This document shows positions 15,001 through 27,620 of a DNA stretch of 64,000 bases, piece after piece. This DNA is from Eledone cirrhosa. Taxonomy: Eukaryota. The DNA is taken from the NCBI GenBank assembly GCA_964016885.1, contig OZ024740.1, positions 405,666,001 to 405,730,000 on the forward strand. Direction: 5' to 3'. Every line of letters starts with the position of its first letter. Position 1 is the first letter of the stretch. The position numbers and the translations under genes are program-made. A model generated the notes under the pieces. It did no database searches. It had not been told where the DNA came from and saw only the letters and a program-made list of their open reading frames with translations.

Positions 15001-15894
15001 GTGTTTACTATAGCAAATGTAGTGTGTGTAATATAGCCGATGTAGTGTGTGTACTATAGCAGATGTAGTGTGTGTGTACTATAGCGTATGTAGTGTGTGT
15101 GTACTATAGCAGATGCAGTGTGTATACTATAGCATATGTAGTGTGTGTACTATATCAGATGTAGTGTGTGTACTATAGCAGATGTAGTGTGTGTGTACTA
15201 TAGTAGATGTAGTGTGTGTACTATAGCAGATGTAGTGTGTGTACTATAGCAGATGTAGTGTGTGTACTATAGTAGATGTAGTGTGTGTACTATAGCAGAT
15301 GTAGTGTGTGTACTATAGTAGATGTAGTGTGTGTGCTATAGTAGATGTAGTGTGTGGTACTATAGCAGATGTAGTGTGTGTGTACTATAGCAGATGTAGT
15401 GTGTGTACTATAGCAGATGTAATGTGTGTACTATAGCAGATGTAGTGTTTGTACCATAGCAGTTGTAGTGTGTCTGTACTATAGCAGATGTAGTGTGTAT
15501 ATTATAGCAGATGTAGTGTGTGTGTGTACTATAGCAGATGTAGTGTGTGTGTACTACAGCAGATGTAGTGTGTGTACTATAGCAGATGTAGTGTGTGTAC
15601 TATAGCAGATGTAGTGTGTGTGTACTATAGCAGATGTAATGTGTCTACTATATCAGATGTAATGTGTGTACTATAGCAGATGTAGTGTGTGTACTATAGC
15701 AGATGTAGTGTGTGTGTACTATAGCAGATGTAATGTGTCTACTATATCAGATGTAGTGTGTGTACTATAGCAGATGTAGTGTGTGTACTATAGCAGATGT
15801 AGTGTGTGTATACTATAGCAGATGTAGTGTGTGTGTACTATAGCAGATGTAGTGTGTGTACCATAGCAGATGTAGTGTGTGTGTACTATAGCAG
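1..15894. repeat. 23/25-bp tandem satellite, consensus GTACTATAGCAGATGTAGTGTGT(GT), roughly 650-690 monomers, open at the window start
   Basis: Directly visible periodicity; length variation comes from the (GT)n tract; ends at ...ctatagcag|tgaata. Confidence 0.98.
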
Positions 15895-16431
15895 TGAATA
15901 GGGATGAGGTATGGGGGCTAAGAATGCCAGAAATTTCCACCAGTCACAAAAGATTGAGAGAATGACGGAGCACTCAGATGGGAATCTATAACGAAACTGT
16001 AGCCTTTATTGACCATGTTTGATTTAATACATCAGAATAAATAAGATAACAGCCTATTGAGGAAATGAACCATAACAAACAATTAAAAAGATATATTTAC
16101 TGCAATTGTGGCAATTAGAGGTATGAAGTTGATAAGAATGGTTGTTTCAATGCATCTGTTGCCTTCGAGATATTTGGGAGAGCTGAGCTGCTGACAACAA
16201 AGTTCTTGTCTTGGTGGCTGACCGGAAGAGTGCTTGACCGGAAGGGTGCTCGACCGGAAGGGCCAGCAGGTCTGCCTCTCTCTAGCGTGGTCAGCAAAGG
16301 TGGTGGATGTCAGTTTTGGAGCTCCCAGTTAACGAGTTGGATTGTACGCATGTGGGAGAGGAGAAATCAGCCATTGGATTACCGGTGCCAGCAATAAGCA
16401 GTAAGTGAAGTAGCTTTTTCTAACCACAACA
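15871..16431 (-). mobile_element. LTR-like sequence (~560 bp), probable 3' LTR of a Gypsy-type element
   Basis: Minus strand: PPT GGGGAAGGAGA (16442-16432) directly followed by TGTTGTG; AATAAA at 16010-16005; ends CACTACA at 15871, an imperfect inverted repeat of the start. Confidence 0.6.
16220..16262. promoter_or_regulatory. Three tandem 16-bp units with ACCGGAAG (ETS-type motif) in the putative U3
   Basis: gaccggaagagtgctt gaccggaagggtgctc gaccggaaggg. Confidence 0.45.
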
Positions 16432-16763
16432 TCTCCTTCCCCATTAAAAGCCTTGATCGCCTCACTGTTCAATCTCAGTTTCACCGCCATCTCCCTGCGA
16501 GATCAGAAAAAGTCAACAACGATACCCCATGAAAAAGAACAACAACAACAAAAAAATAATAAAAAAAAGGTAAACTAAGAATTCTCTACAATGAAAAACT
16601 GTTCTGGTAATGATGGCCATATCAATCTATTGGAATGGTCAGATTTATTCTTCAGTTTAGAAACTGCAGTCAAACTTCAGTCACGGAATTTTAATCAGGC
16701 TTGAAGGTTGATTGATTGTGAGTATATCACTAGGGAAAGATGTTTGTGAAGTGTTCTTTAGAG

Positions 16764-17071
16764 CAGTGCTTCTCAAACTATCTGATGTGGTGGACTGGCA
16801 TTTTTTTTTCAATGTGCCACGTACCGCTAATATTTCGTAGTAATATTAATTTATACCGGAAACGATATATATGATGAATATAATAATAGTTGACCATTTT
16901 TTTATCTTCTATTTATTTTGTAAACAAATAATACAATATGAAAACATAAAAAAGTAATAAAAAAAATTCCTCAAATGATTCCTTAGCATGGCCTGGACAC
17001 TGGCCACGTACCGGTAGCTGATGGCTCGTGTACCGTCACCGGTCCACGGACCACCACTTTGAGTAGCACTG
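16764..17071. mobile_element. Non-autonomous hAT (Charlie-like) MITE, 308 bp
   Basis: TIRs CAGTGCTTCTCAAA / TTTGAGTAGCACTG; 8-bp TSD CTTTAGAG at 16756-16763 and 17072-17079. Confidence 0.92.
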
Positions 17072-17119
17072 CTTTAGAGTACTTTAGATCTACCCTTCTG
17101 TGATTTTGTATATATATAA

Positions 17120-17814
17120 TTGAAAAAAAAATGCATAAACGAACTAAGGGAAAAATTAGAAATAAGAGGGATCAGATGTTGTTTACTCGAGAGAAGGCTA
17201 CGTTGGTATAGTCACGTGATGTGCATGAAAGACGACAGCTGTATAAAAAAGTGCAGGGCGATAAAAATAGACGGTAGCCACGGAGTAGGCAGACCCAGAA
17301 AAACCTGGGACGACTTGATAAATTCCGACCTCACACACTTACACTTACACCTCTCCAAGACAATGTCACTGGACCGAGATCTTTGGCGCTACACAGTAAT
17401 AGAGAAGACCCGCCTTACCTAAATACAAAGTAAAACCTACTACAGTCAGTAGGCACCTCTAACAAAATACACCCCCGTCCCACTACCCCCACCCCATCCA
17501 CACCACCCCTTTCAATGTAAAGTTATGTTGGTACCACAACATCCAGGCCGAAACAAATGAGGTCGTGTAGGTGTCACAACAAAAAAACACACAGTCCACG
17601 CTGTAATGTGGCGGTGTAGGTAACACGGTAAAAACCTCCCAGTTCCACACTGTAAATGTGGTTGGTGTTAGGAAGGGCATCCAGCCGTGGAAAACCCTGC
17701 CAGACGGTCCTGTGCGGGCGGGACAACCACTCTTGCCTCAAATGGGAAAACTCCCGTCCAAACCCATGCAAGCGTGGAATATGGACGTTAAACGATGATG
17801 ATGATGATGATGAT
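17120..17814 (+). mobile_element. 5'-truncated RTE LINE (ORF C-terminus, 3' UTR, (GAT)n tail)
   Basis: ORF 17120-17422 matches the C-terminus of the 28815-31961 protein; same 3' UTR; TA-repeat flanks. Confidence 0.95.
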
Positions 17815-17828
17815 AATATTAATATATA

Positions 17829-17885
<57 letters not shown>

Positions 17886-18023
17886 TATACACGGGTGTGT
17901 ATGATTGTGTATAGAAGATTATATTAATAAAAGGAATTTCATCTTTGTCTGATTTACTCGTGTTAATTGAACAAGTACTTTCATGCAGTTGAAAATTGCA
18001 AACTTGACTGTCACCACAGAATA

Positions 18024-18062
18024 TGAACCTGAAGATTGCAAAAGCATGAAAGTACTTGTTCA
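18024..18062 (+). ncRNA. Minimal type I hammerhead ribozyme motif within an inverted-repeat element (17921-18194)
   Basis: TGAAC-CTGAAGA-TTGC AAAA GCAT-GAAA-GTAC-TT-GTTCA: stem I TGAAC/GTTCA, core intact, palindromic stem III AGTACT, first stem II pair mismatched. Confidence 0.7.
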
Positions 18063-18329
18063 ATTAACACTTAATATTTAATATTCTACCATACTATTTC
18101 ATTCTAATACCATTATAAATGTTAAAGAATCCTTTAACATTTATATAAATAAAACGAGTAAATCAGACAAAGTTGAAATTCCTTTTATTAATATATATGA
18201 TATATATATATATGGGGTAACAAATAATAGTTATATGCAGTCCACTTAGGTGTAGTCCAGTTATGGTACTCCGGGTAGTGGATGATATCAACGCTTGGCT
18301 AAGTTTGTATATTCTCTTCATTCTCGCAA

Positions 18330-18435
18330 GCTCCGATGAACTGACTGCTTATAACTTTGTATTGGCGATCGAGTAACGCGAAAATAAGCGGATAGCGATC
18401 TCTAGACCTACCAGTTCAGAGAAACAATTGTCAGC
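18330..18435 (+). ncRNA. Degenerate hammerhead motif
   Basis: GCT-CCGATGA-ACTGA...TCAGA-GAAA-CAATTG-TC-AGC; one core substitution, palindromic stem III, GUC site. Confidence 0.5.
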
Positions 18436-18488
18436 AATGAGATTAAAAACCTTTTTTGTATAGCAAACCGTGTCAGTCTTCTTTCCTG

Positions 18489-18530
<42 letters not shown>

Positions 18531-18589
18531 TTATCATCATTGTCATTTTAACGTCCGTTTTCCCTATGCTATGTGTATCCTAGTTTTTT

Positions 18590-19424
18590 AGGACAGATAG
18601 AGGAACAGTGAAAATTCCTAAAAGATAATCTGCTGAAAGCAACAGACGAGATATGTGGCTGTAGTAGTGCTCCAGGGAGAGAGTGATTGTTGGTGGAATA
18701 GTAGGGTGGATGAGGGGGTTAAGTCTGAAAGCATCTGGGATTGTAAGTCACACCATAACCACCTGTATCATACCAAGCAATACAAAATGGTGTCATAGCC
18801 AATGACTGGCATAGCAGCAGCATCGTCAACTGCTACAAAGGCAAAAGAGATGCATTAGAGAGAGGAAACTATAGATGCATGACGTTAATGAGCCAGGTCA
18901 TGAAAGTTAGAGAAAGAGTTATTGCGCAGCTGACTAGGGACTGAATTAATCTAGATGAGATACAATTCAGATTTGGGTTGGGTAAAAGTAACACTGATGC
19001 CTTTTTCATTGTGAGGCTACTTCAGGAGAAGTACCTAGCTAAAAGTAAGCTCCTTTACTTGGAATTTGTTGACCTGGAGAAAGCTTTTGACAGAGTCCCC
19101 TGCTATATAATCTGGTGGGCTCTTAGAAGACTAGAGGTAGATGAGTAGCTTGTGAGGGAGGTACAGGCCATGTACAGAAGAGAAGCCAGCAAAATTAGAA
19201 TTAATAATGATTATAGTGAGGAATTTAGTGTGCAAGTCGGGGTCCATCAGGGTTCTGTTCTTAGCCCTCTCCTGTTTATTATTGTCTTGGACACTATAAC
19301 AGAAGAGTTTAAGACTGACTGCCCATGGGAACTCCTATATGCCGATGATCTAATCCTCATGGCCAAATCTATGACAGAATTTAAGAAGAAATTCCTGATC
19401 TTGGAGCATAGCATGGAATGTTAA
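18590..19424 (+). pseudogene. Old, decayed RTE RT fragment
   Basis: FVDLEKAFD, GVHQGSVLSPLLF and LYADDL motifs; stop codons and deletions; diverged from the young copies. Confidence 0.9.
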
Positions 19425-19742
19425 TAACAAAGCTCAGTTTATTAAAATTTACTGACACTAACTTGACTACTATTGACCTACTTTATATATCTAGGCCCGT
19501 TGATTAAGTTGTAAAAATGTTAAATAAAAATATTTAGGTAGAAAAACTACAGCTAAATTATTTACAGTAAAAGAAGTTTAAAAATAAAAACTCTTTTAAT
19601 ACTTCCCTTTAGGGGGGGGGGGGGTTTAAAAATATCAACCTCATCTTACCAAGATTCATAGCTAACATTTTAACACTTTGTCTCTGATTTTATAAAACAA
19701 AAGTGTTTTAAAGTATTCTTCGCCCACTTATTCCTGAGAGGG

Positions 19743-20307
19743 TCATGGGGCACAGAGTCCTAAAACACTCCTTCCAGTGGGTCCTGTCAGAAGCAACCAT
19801 CTCCAACTGATCTCCAAGTGAGACCAGCCAGGCTCATGGATGTTATTCAAACCATCTTGCTCAGGGTCTAACTCTGGGTCTCCTGCTAGTTGGTTTTGCC
19901 AATTGTCCAGCGAGTTTTTCCTGAGACATTCTAACCACATACCCATAGTATCGGAGCTGTAATCTCTCAATTCTGAAAAGTAGTGGATCTACCTTGAGCG
20001 ACTCTATGATATTCAAGCTATGCACTCTATCGATTAATATTACTCCAACAACCCTTTGGAGGAACCCCATTTTGGCCACTTGTATTCGCGATTGAATGCT
20101 TTTGATCATTACCCAAGATTCCTGACCATAAGTAAGGGTTGGCATGAATACCAAATTAAAGATAGCAAGTTTCGCTTTTATACCTACCTCCCTTCTTCTG
20201 ATTAGCGAATGTTGAAGCTTGCACATTACTGCACCAGCTCCTGCAATTCTTGGCAGAGCTGTTCTGCTAGAGAATGGGTTGCAAGTGGTGGATAGCAATA
20301 TGGCCAC
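19743..20307 (-). pseudogene. 3' fragment of a different RTE-like LINE ORF
   Basis: KLAIFNLVFMPTLTYGQESW...IERLQLRYYGYVVRM...RRPR-RP, typical of the post-RT region of RTE. Confidence 0.8.
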
Positions 20308-21050
20308 CAGATATGATGGTTATTTCTGATATAAACGGGTACCTGCTGGATGAATAAGCATCCCTGGACCAACAGCAGTAAACTACTAGGGGAGATGGAG
20401 GAATGGGTGACACCTATAGCTCACAAGAAAACTCTCACAACCCAGTGACATAGCTATGATGAGGTGAGTAAAGGCTGCCTCTAAAAAAGCCTAGTCTTTG
20501 CGGGTTTGACAAAGTATCTGATTGGTGAATCGCACGAATAAGTCCACCAAAAATGCAACTTCAAAATGATGAGAGGAACAAAAATGAGCCATACCACGCC
20601 ATCCTTTGCATGGGTTAACAAGGGGTATGTTCAGGTTTTAAAGTGTTTATATTTAAATTAAAGCCTTCCATCAAATTTTTAGATACTTTTTGTTAAGTTA
20701 TTTTCTTATCCTTCCAAGTTCTTCATTACTTTCAAAAGTAGTTAAAACATTGACAGTGTGTTTCTTTTGAAAATATGATCACAAATAAGTTAATGCTAAA
20801 TATATAATGTTGAAGTTTGACGTCTGCCAACAATTTTAACACTTTCAACAGAGCAATGTTCTTTGCAACATAGCAATGTTTTTGCAACATAACAATCTTC
20901 TTTGTAATATGAGAAGAAAAATGAAGTGTATTTCTTTAGGAATGAATTTTTTTGCGATTGTCATCCAGCTGCAAGAAACCATGCCAAAATCAGAATGTAA
21001 ATTAGATGTGCCATTCCTCCCACCTCTACCACTAGCACCCCCATCTCAGT

Positions 21051-24000
21051 CAACCACATTTACAGTGTGGAACTGGGAGGTTTTTACCGTGTTACCTACA
21101 CGGCCACATTACAGCGTGGACTGTGTGTTTTTTTTGTCTTGACACCTACACAACCTCATTTGTTTCCATACCAACGTAGCCTTCTCTCGAGTAAACAACA
21201 TCTGATCCCTCTTATTTCTAATTTTTCCCTTAGTTCGTTTATGCTTTGCCGTTCACGTATATTACTATTACACATCCAGCGGAGCATGCAAGCTTCGTTC
21301 CTCTCTAGTCTGCGTATATCCTCTGCACACAATGCCCAGGTCTCACTGCCATGCAACATTGCTGTTCGTATGCAGGCATCACACAGCCTGCCTTTCATTT
21401 TTAGGGAGAACCCTTTAGCGGCTAATAGTGGTATAAGCTCTCTGAACTTTTTCCATCCAGTTCTGACTCTAGCTACTGTACTTTCAGAGCACCCTCCCCC
21501 ACTGCTGATTTTGTCACCCAGGTAACGGAAGCTGTCCACTATTTCTATAGAACCATCTGTGCAATTGAAAGAGCTAGTATTTTGTGGGCACTTGCTGCTA
21601 CTTATTGCACCAGAGCACCAGCCACATATAAAATCTATGTTCTTAGTTAGCTTACCTGTGATCCCACTACATCTTTTATGCACCCATACTTTGCATTTGG
21701 GACATAAAATGGAGTTTCTACCTACTCCTTTCCTACACACTGAGCATGGCCATTTCCCGGATTTCCTACAAACTAGAACTTTAGTCTTAGACAGGTTAAT
21801 TTTAAGGCCTTTTGATTCTAGGCCATGCTTCCATGTTTGGAATTTCTTCTCTAGTTCGGCCATTGATTCAGCTATGAGCGTTAGATCATCTGTGTATAGG
21901 AGTTCCCATGGGCAGCCGGTCTTGAACTCCACTGTTATAGCCTGAAGGGCAATAATAAATAGTAGGGGCTAAGAACGGAGCCCTGATGAACACCAACTTT
22001 TACGCTAAACTCTTCACTATATTCGTTGTTAATTCTAACCTTGCTGACTGTATACATGGCTTGAATAGCTCTCACAAGCCATTCATCAACACCTAGTTTT
22101 CTAAGCGCCCACCAGATAATGGAACGGGGGACTCTGTCGAAGGCTTTCTCCAAGTCGACGAAAGCTAAGTATAGGGGTTTACTTTTAGCTAGGTACTTCT
22201 CCTGTAGTTGTCGTACAATGAAAAGAGCGTCTGTGGTACTTTTACCTGACACAAACCCGAACTGCATTTCATCTAGATCAATTCTCTTTCTGATTAGTTG
22301 CGCTATTACTTTTTCTGTGACCTTCATGACCTGGTCGATTAATTTAATGCCTCTATAGTTACTCCTATCTAGGGCATCTCCTTTACCCTTGTAGCAGTTA
22401 ATGATGATGCTGCTACGTCAGTCCTTCGGAACAACCCCATTCTGTATGACTTGGTTTACTATCCGGGTGACCATGGTGTGTCCCACCGTTCCAGAAGCTT
22501 TCAGCATTTCAGCAACTATTTCCGAAGGCCCAGCCGCCTTACCCGTCTTCATATCTTTGATTGCCTTACTTATTATACTACCTTCAACTAACACTGCTGG
22601 TCCCTCTATTGGATCGATGTGGGGGAGACTGTCTTTCTCCCATTTATTCTCCTCATTTAGTAGCCTTTCGTGATGACACTTCCAAGCTACCTTCTTATCA
22701 GCGTCAGTGATGGCAAGTACACCATCATCATTAAGTACACACTTCTCCCCGACAATATCACGGTTTTCCTTGACACATTGACTAGCAATCCTGAACACCT
22801 CACGTTTTTTGTCCTCGCGTTGTAGAACATGCTTGAACTTTCTTCCTCTGCTTCCCTTGCGATTTACACTTGTCTCCTAGCTTCCGTCCTGGCCACTTGA
22901 TAGTCTTCTCTACTTCCCCCATCCCGCCATACTTTCCAAGCTTGCTTTTTGGCCTTAATTGACTCCTCCACCTTACTGTTCCACCACCATGTTACTCTCC
23001 TCCTGCATATAGGCCTGCTCCAGCCACAGACTTCGTCTGCCGCCATCAGCAGGTTTGCTTTCAGGAATTCCCACTGTTCCTCTATATTGTACGACTCTAA
23101 GTGCTCTTCCTTACTGTCGAAAGCATCAAGTAATATGCTTTTAAATTTATTTCTGGCTCTGGGGTCCTTTAGCTTCCATATTTTTCTCCTGAGGATATTC
23201 CCCTTCTGTTGTCGAGTACGTCTCGTCCTGACTATGAGGTCGCTGACTATGAGTCTATGTTGGGAGGTGCATTCTTCATGGGGGAGGGATTTAGTGTTTA
23301 CAACAGACACTCTGTCACGTCTTCTGGTAAGGATATAATCTACCTGGCTGGTATGTTCCCCTGATCTGTAGGTGATCAAGTGATTGTCTCGTTTTTTGAA
23401 GTTAGTGTTACAGATAGTTAGGTTATTTGCGTCACAGAATTCCAGGATTCTGGAACCTTCCTCATTTCTAGTACCAAACCCATAGCCTCCGTGGATTCCA
23501 TCATAGCCGTCACAATGTTGTCCAACGTGACCATTTAGGTCGCCAGCAATAATTATATAGTCACTGTCGGTTATTTGGGAGGTAGTGAGCATCAGTGTCT
23601 CATAGAAACTGTCTTTTATAGCGCCAGGCAGTCCGGATTGGGGCGCGTACGCAGATATTACTGTCACTGTAGTTCTATTGAGGACAAGTCTTATATTAAT
23701 TATTCTGTCATTCACTCTATTTACATCTATTATCTTATCCACCCATTTTTCTGCTAACATGATTCCTACCCCACCCAGCCCATTGTCATTTCCCACCCAG
23801 AAAAGCTTATAGCATCGTTTTTTACCCACAATGAATCTAGCAGACCCACCCCTCCACCTGGTCTCTTGGATACAGCAAACATCAACCTCCTTACGTTCAA
23901 GCATTTCTACAACCTCGTTAGCGCGGCCTTTTAAGGTGCCTACGTTCATGGTACCAACTCTGAAGTTTTGGATTGTGTTTGGAGGATGGGGCACAGGGAG

Positions 24001-24330
24001 GGGTGAGGTGGATGCGGTTGGGGTTATGTTGGCCATCCGCGGCCGAAACAAAGAGGGGGGGGGGCCTTGCCCCTTCGTCCGGCAGCATGAGGTGAATTTG
24101 TCGTTATCTTTGGCATTGTCTTCGAGTGTCCAGATTCTTCAGACTCTCCAGAAATTTCTTAGTCCATCCATCATATCGAAAAGCAACCAGAAGTGATAGC
24201 ATAGGCCGTTGACTTGTGATTGGTCCAAATAATAAAGGTGGAGAGTGGGGGCGGGAGGGCGGGGTATGGGCTAGTTAGCGAGGAGCAGGCTTATTTAGCG
24301 AGGAGCAGGCTTATTAATATTTGGTGTGTA
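21051..24330 (-). mobile_element. RTE LINE copy A, near full length, frameshifted, with a 3' deletion
   Basis: ORF pieces 22864-24051 (APE), 22418-22798, 21935-22327 and 21156-21932 (RT, YTDD); WYG is joined directly to the 3' UTR at ~21166; no (GAT)n tail. Confidence 0.96.
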
Positions 24331-24669
24331 GGGATTGAGAGGGAGGGAGATTGAGAGAGGGACGTATATGATAGAGAGAGTGGGGTTTTTTTAGAGGGCC
24401 GAGAGAGAGAGAGAGAAGCCATTTTTAAGAATCCTGGAAAAATTTTCGGTCAAAATGGTACCGAGAAGATTATTTAGAACAACCGTGGAGAAGATTTTTA
24501 GAACAGTGAGACAGAGTTGTTTATGAGAACCTGCCCAACTTATGCCAGCATGGAGAAACAGACGTTAAATGATGAGGATGAATGGTGATGTGTCGGGAAA
24601 TGAAAGTAGAACAAAACTACTGTAGAGAAAGAGAATGCATTTCCCCCTGATAATTTCATTTTACATTAT

Positions 24670-24800
24670 GACTGTGCAGTTAAGAAGTTTGCTTTACAGC
24701 CATGTGGTCTAGGTTTCTATCCCTCTGTAGGGCACTTTGGGAAAGTGTTGACCAATTCCTTGTGAGTGAATCTGGTAGATGAAAACTACAAGGAAGGATG
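24670..24800 (+). mobile_element. Degenerate tRNA-derived SINE
   Basis: gttaagaagtttgctttacagccatgtggtctaggtttctatccc...ggcactttggg; related minus-strand copy at ~57300-57430. Confidence 0.6.
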
Positions 24801-25687
24801 TTGAATATATATATTTATATATGTGTATGAGTGTGTGTGCATGTTTGTGTGAATATAAATAAATAAAGACATATATGTCTGTGTGTATATAAATATATGT
24901 GTATATATATATGTGTGTGTGTGTGTGAGTATACATGTATATAAGTTTGTTTGTCTCTTCTATTCACATTTGACATCACAGGAAATAATATTTATTTGTT
25001 CCTATGGCTCATCAGTTTGATGTACAAGGATTCATGCCTTACTTAAATGACAAGTGAATATTGACATCAGGAAGAGCATCCAGCCTCAGAATTCTTCCTC
25101 AAAATGTCTTGTGTAACTCATGCCAGCATGGAAAAGTAGATGTAAAACTGATGACAATGATAATGATCTATTCCTCCTATTCTTTCATTCATTTACTGGA
25201 TTCAATGAATAGGCTGTGGCTATCCTTGAACACCAGCTTGATTTATACGATCATATCAACCCCAGTCCTTATTTTTTTAAGCCTGGTACTTATTTTGACT
25301 GTTCTAACAAACCATCTTCCATTGACATCCAAGCAGTCTCAAGTTCACCCATGTCATCTTCCACCATACTCAGTTTCTCTCTTAGAACACTCATCGTTGT
25401 TGCTTTTATCAACCTCCACACCATCAGCTTTAGTAGACATTTTATCTGCTGAGCTTGGAACATAAAAGCAAGATGTGGTCACTTTACCAGTCTAGCCCCA
25501 GAAACTGACAACCTGTACAACCCATGCATGGACAATAGAGTTTAAATGCTGATGACAATGATGAAGAGCTCTTCTCCCAATTTTCACCTTCAGGTGACAG
25601 ACAATTAGATGATGCTGTGTAACAACTTCCACCTTGGGATTAGTTGAAGTGAGTCAAGTGTTGCTTCCTAATCTGGCCATTATTACT

Positions 25688-25875
25688 GTGGTTTGGCAGT
25701 ATCGGTAGATGGTCGGACGCCATGCATTGACGCATAGAGTTACAGCCCTTGCCATTCTGAGTCAAATCCGGCTGAGGTTAACTTTGCCTTTCATTCTTAC
25801 GGGGTCGATAAAATAAAGTATCAGTAATGTACTGGGTAATTGCTGGCCTTGTGCTAAAAGTAGAAACAATTATTA
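25688..25875 (+). mobile_element. tRNA-derived SINE (resembles octopus OK-type SINE)
   Basis: A-box-like TGGCAGTATCGG and B-box-like GAGTCAAATCC; body gttaactttgcctttcat...ggggtcgataaa; second copy at 61785-61970. Confidence 0.75.
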
Positions 25876-26211
25876 CTGAATACAGTATTTAACTGCAAGG
25901 TGTTGTATGTATGTATGGACCCATAACCAGTGGCAGACTGGGTCTAAAAATATTGGTTGCCAGGAGATAAAGGGGGGGCCCACCTACATATAGAATGCTA
26001 TCATTTAATTTTAATAATGAATAAATAATATTTTCAAAAAATACATAAGTGGAAACAAAACAGTGCAATCAAATTTTTGCGGAAATATATCCTATCTTCT
26101 CCAATAAATAATATAAAGTATTTTGCGAAATCCAGAGGAGACTTTCAATAATGACCTTTGGTCTTTCACACTCACTCAATATATATATATATATATATAT
26201 ATTGAGTGAGT

Positions 26212-26944
26212 GTTAATTATGCTAATTGGGAGAGGAAATAGTATATATATTTTATCTATGATTCTAAGGACATGATTTATGATATATTGCTCTGATTACT
26301 AAATTTATTAATTCTTCATTGAGCCACATCGTGAACGGTTGCCACATATATATCTGTGACTTTATGTATATGTAAATCTTTATATTTAATAATCTCCCGT
26401 TGGGTTGAGATGCAATTTGGGCGATATTGGGCTGCGCTTTCAAGCAACCAGCCTACTCGCCGTAAGCAACTAATCACATTCTTTCTAACTTGACCACTGC
26501 CACGTCACGATTCTTAGCCATTATTTGAATCTATTTCTGGCGGGATCGCTTTGGAAAATTAACTGTCCTATTGAGTTTGTCTCATGATGAGTTCGATACT
26601 CGAGATTTATCCTTAATAGGATATCTCAAAATACGAACAAAACCATGGTAGGGATATAATTACGGTATGTATGCATTTCTTCTAACTTTAAATTTATACC
26701 TAATTGTGTATGGTTGACGGTATATTTAGTCAGTTTCTACATGCTGTTGAAATGTTGGGTAAATACTCTATTGTGGTCAACCGCGAAGAGGCTGCTTTCG
26801 GTTATTTATCAAATATTTCTCCATAGGAGCCTTTATTCTTATAGCCTGGTCTAATTGATTTTTTATATGGTTAATTATGCTAATTGGGAGAGAAAATAGT
26901 ATATATATTTTATCTATGATTCTAAGGACATGATTTATGATATA
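26212..26944 (+). mobile_element. Penelope-like non-coding element with ~75-bp terminal direct repeats and a degenerate HHR
   Basis: gttaattatgctaattgggaga...catgatttatgatat at 26212 and 26870; HHR-like motif at 26578-26656; TA flanks. Confidence 0.6.
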
Positions 26945-26954
26945 TATATATATA

Positions 26955-27170
26955 GGCGTGTGGCTGAGTGGTTAGAGAATTAGATTCACAATCGTGAGGT
27001 TGTGAGTTTGATTCCTGAACCAGGCGATGCGTTATGTCCTTGAGCAAGACACTTTATTTCACGTTGCTCCTTCTACCTGGAGTTGCGACTGATAGATAGT
27101 ATTAGCAATTAGAAAGACCAATGGAAACGTTGTTTCCTCGGTTCGATTTGACGAAAGTTGATCGTTCCTA
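26955..27170 (+). mobile_element. tRNA-derived SINE with TGTCCTTGAGCAAGACACTT core
   Basis: A box TGGCTGAGTGG, B box GTTTGATTCC; homologous copy at 44215-46570 (minus, split). Confidence 0.85.
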
Positions 27171-27270
27171 AAATATATATATATATATATATATAACTCA
27201 TACTAGTGTGGAAGATAGACGTTAAATGATGATGATGATGATGGAAGTGCATTTATATGTGTGCATGTAC

Positions 27271-27323
<53 letters not shown>

Positions 27324-27398
27324 GAAGGAAATGTGGTAAGGAACCAGGTGGACCATAACGCACCAAAGTACTCAATACTTAGGGTAGTAGAGTGGGTA

Positions 27399-27514
27399 AT
27401 AGGAACGAGTAGGACCCCGACGGCTGAGCTCAAGCCGTTTCGACGGCTAATTCAGTCCAGAATTAGCCGTCGAAACGGCTTGAGCTCAGCCGTCGGGGTC
27501 CTACTCGTTCCTAT
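27399..27514. repeat. Perfect palindrome (55-bp arms, 6-nt spacer) containing the 3' half of an HHR
   Basis: Arms are exact reverse complements; contains GAAA-CGGCT..AGCCG-TC-GGGG. Confidence 0.9.
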
Positions 27515-27620
27515 ATATATATATATATATCTATATACTACTAAAACTCTGATCTTGATTGTTTGCTTGCTTGCTTGCACACACTTTCTCTCTATATATA
27601 TGTTCATACTTGTGTATATA

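Noticed and set aside
1-15894. Telomeric repeat or exact mononucleotide/dinucleotide microsatellite
   Set aside because: No TTAGGG-type unit; the monomer is a complex 23/25-mer
25928-26160. CAGTGGC-starting hAT-like terminus
   Set aside because: No matching second TIR or TSD found
26780-26850. Second HHR (CGAAGA-GGCT...AGCC)
   Set aside because: GAAA and stem III are absent
26955-27030. tRNA gene
   Set aside because: A and B boxes present but no full cloverleaf, and it continues into a SINE body; the same holds for 25688, 47227 and 61785
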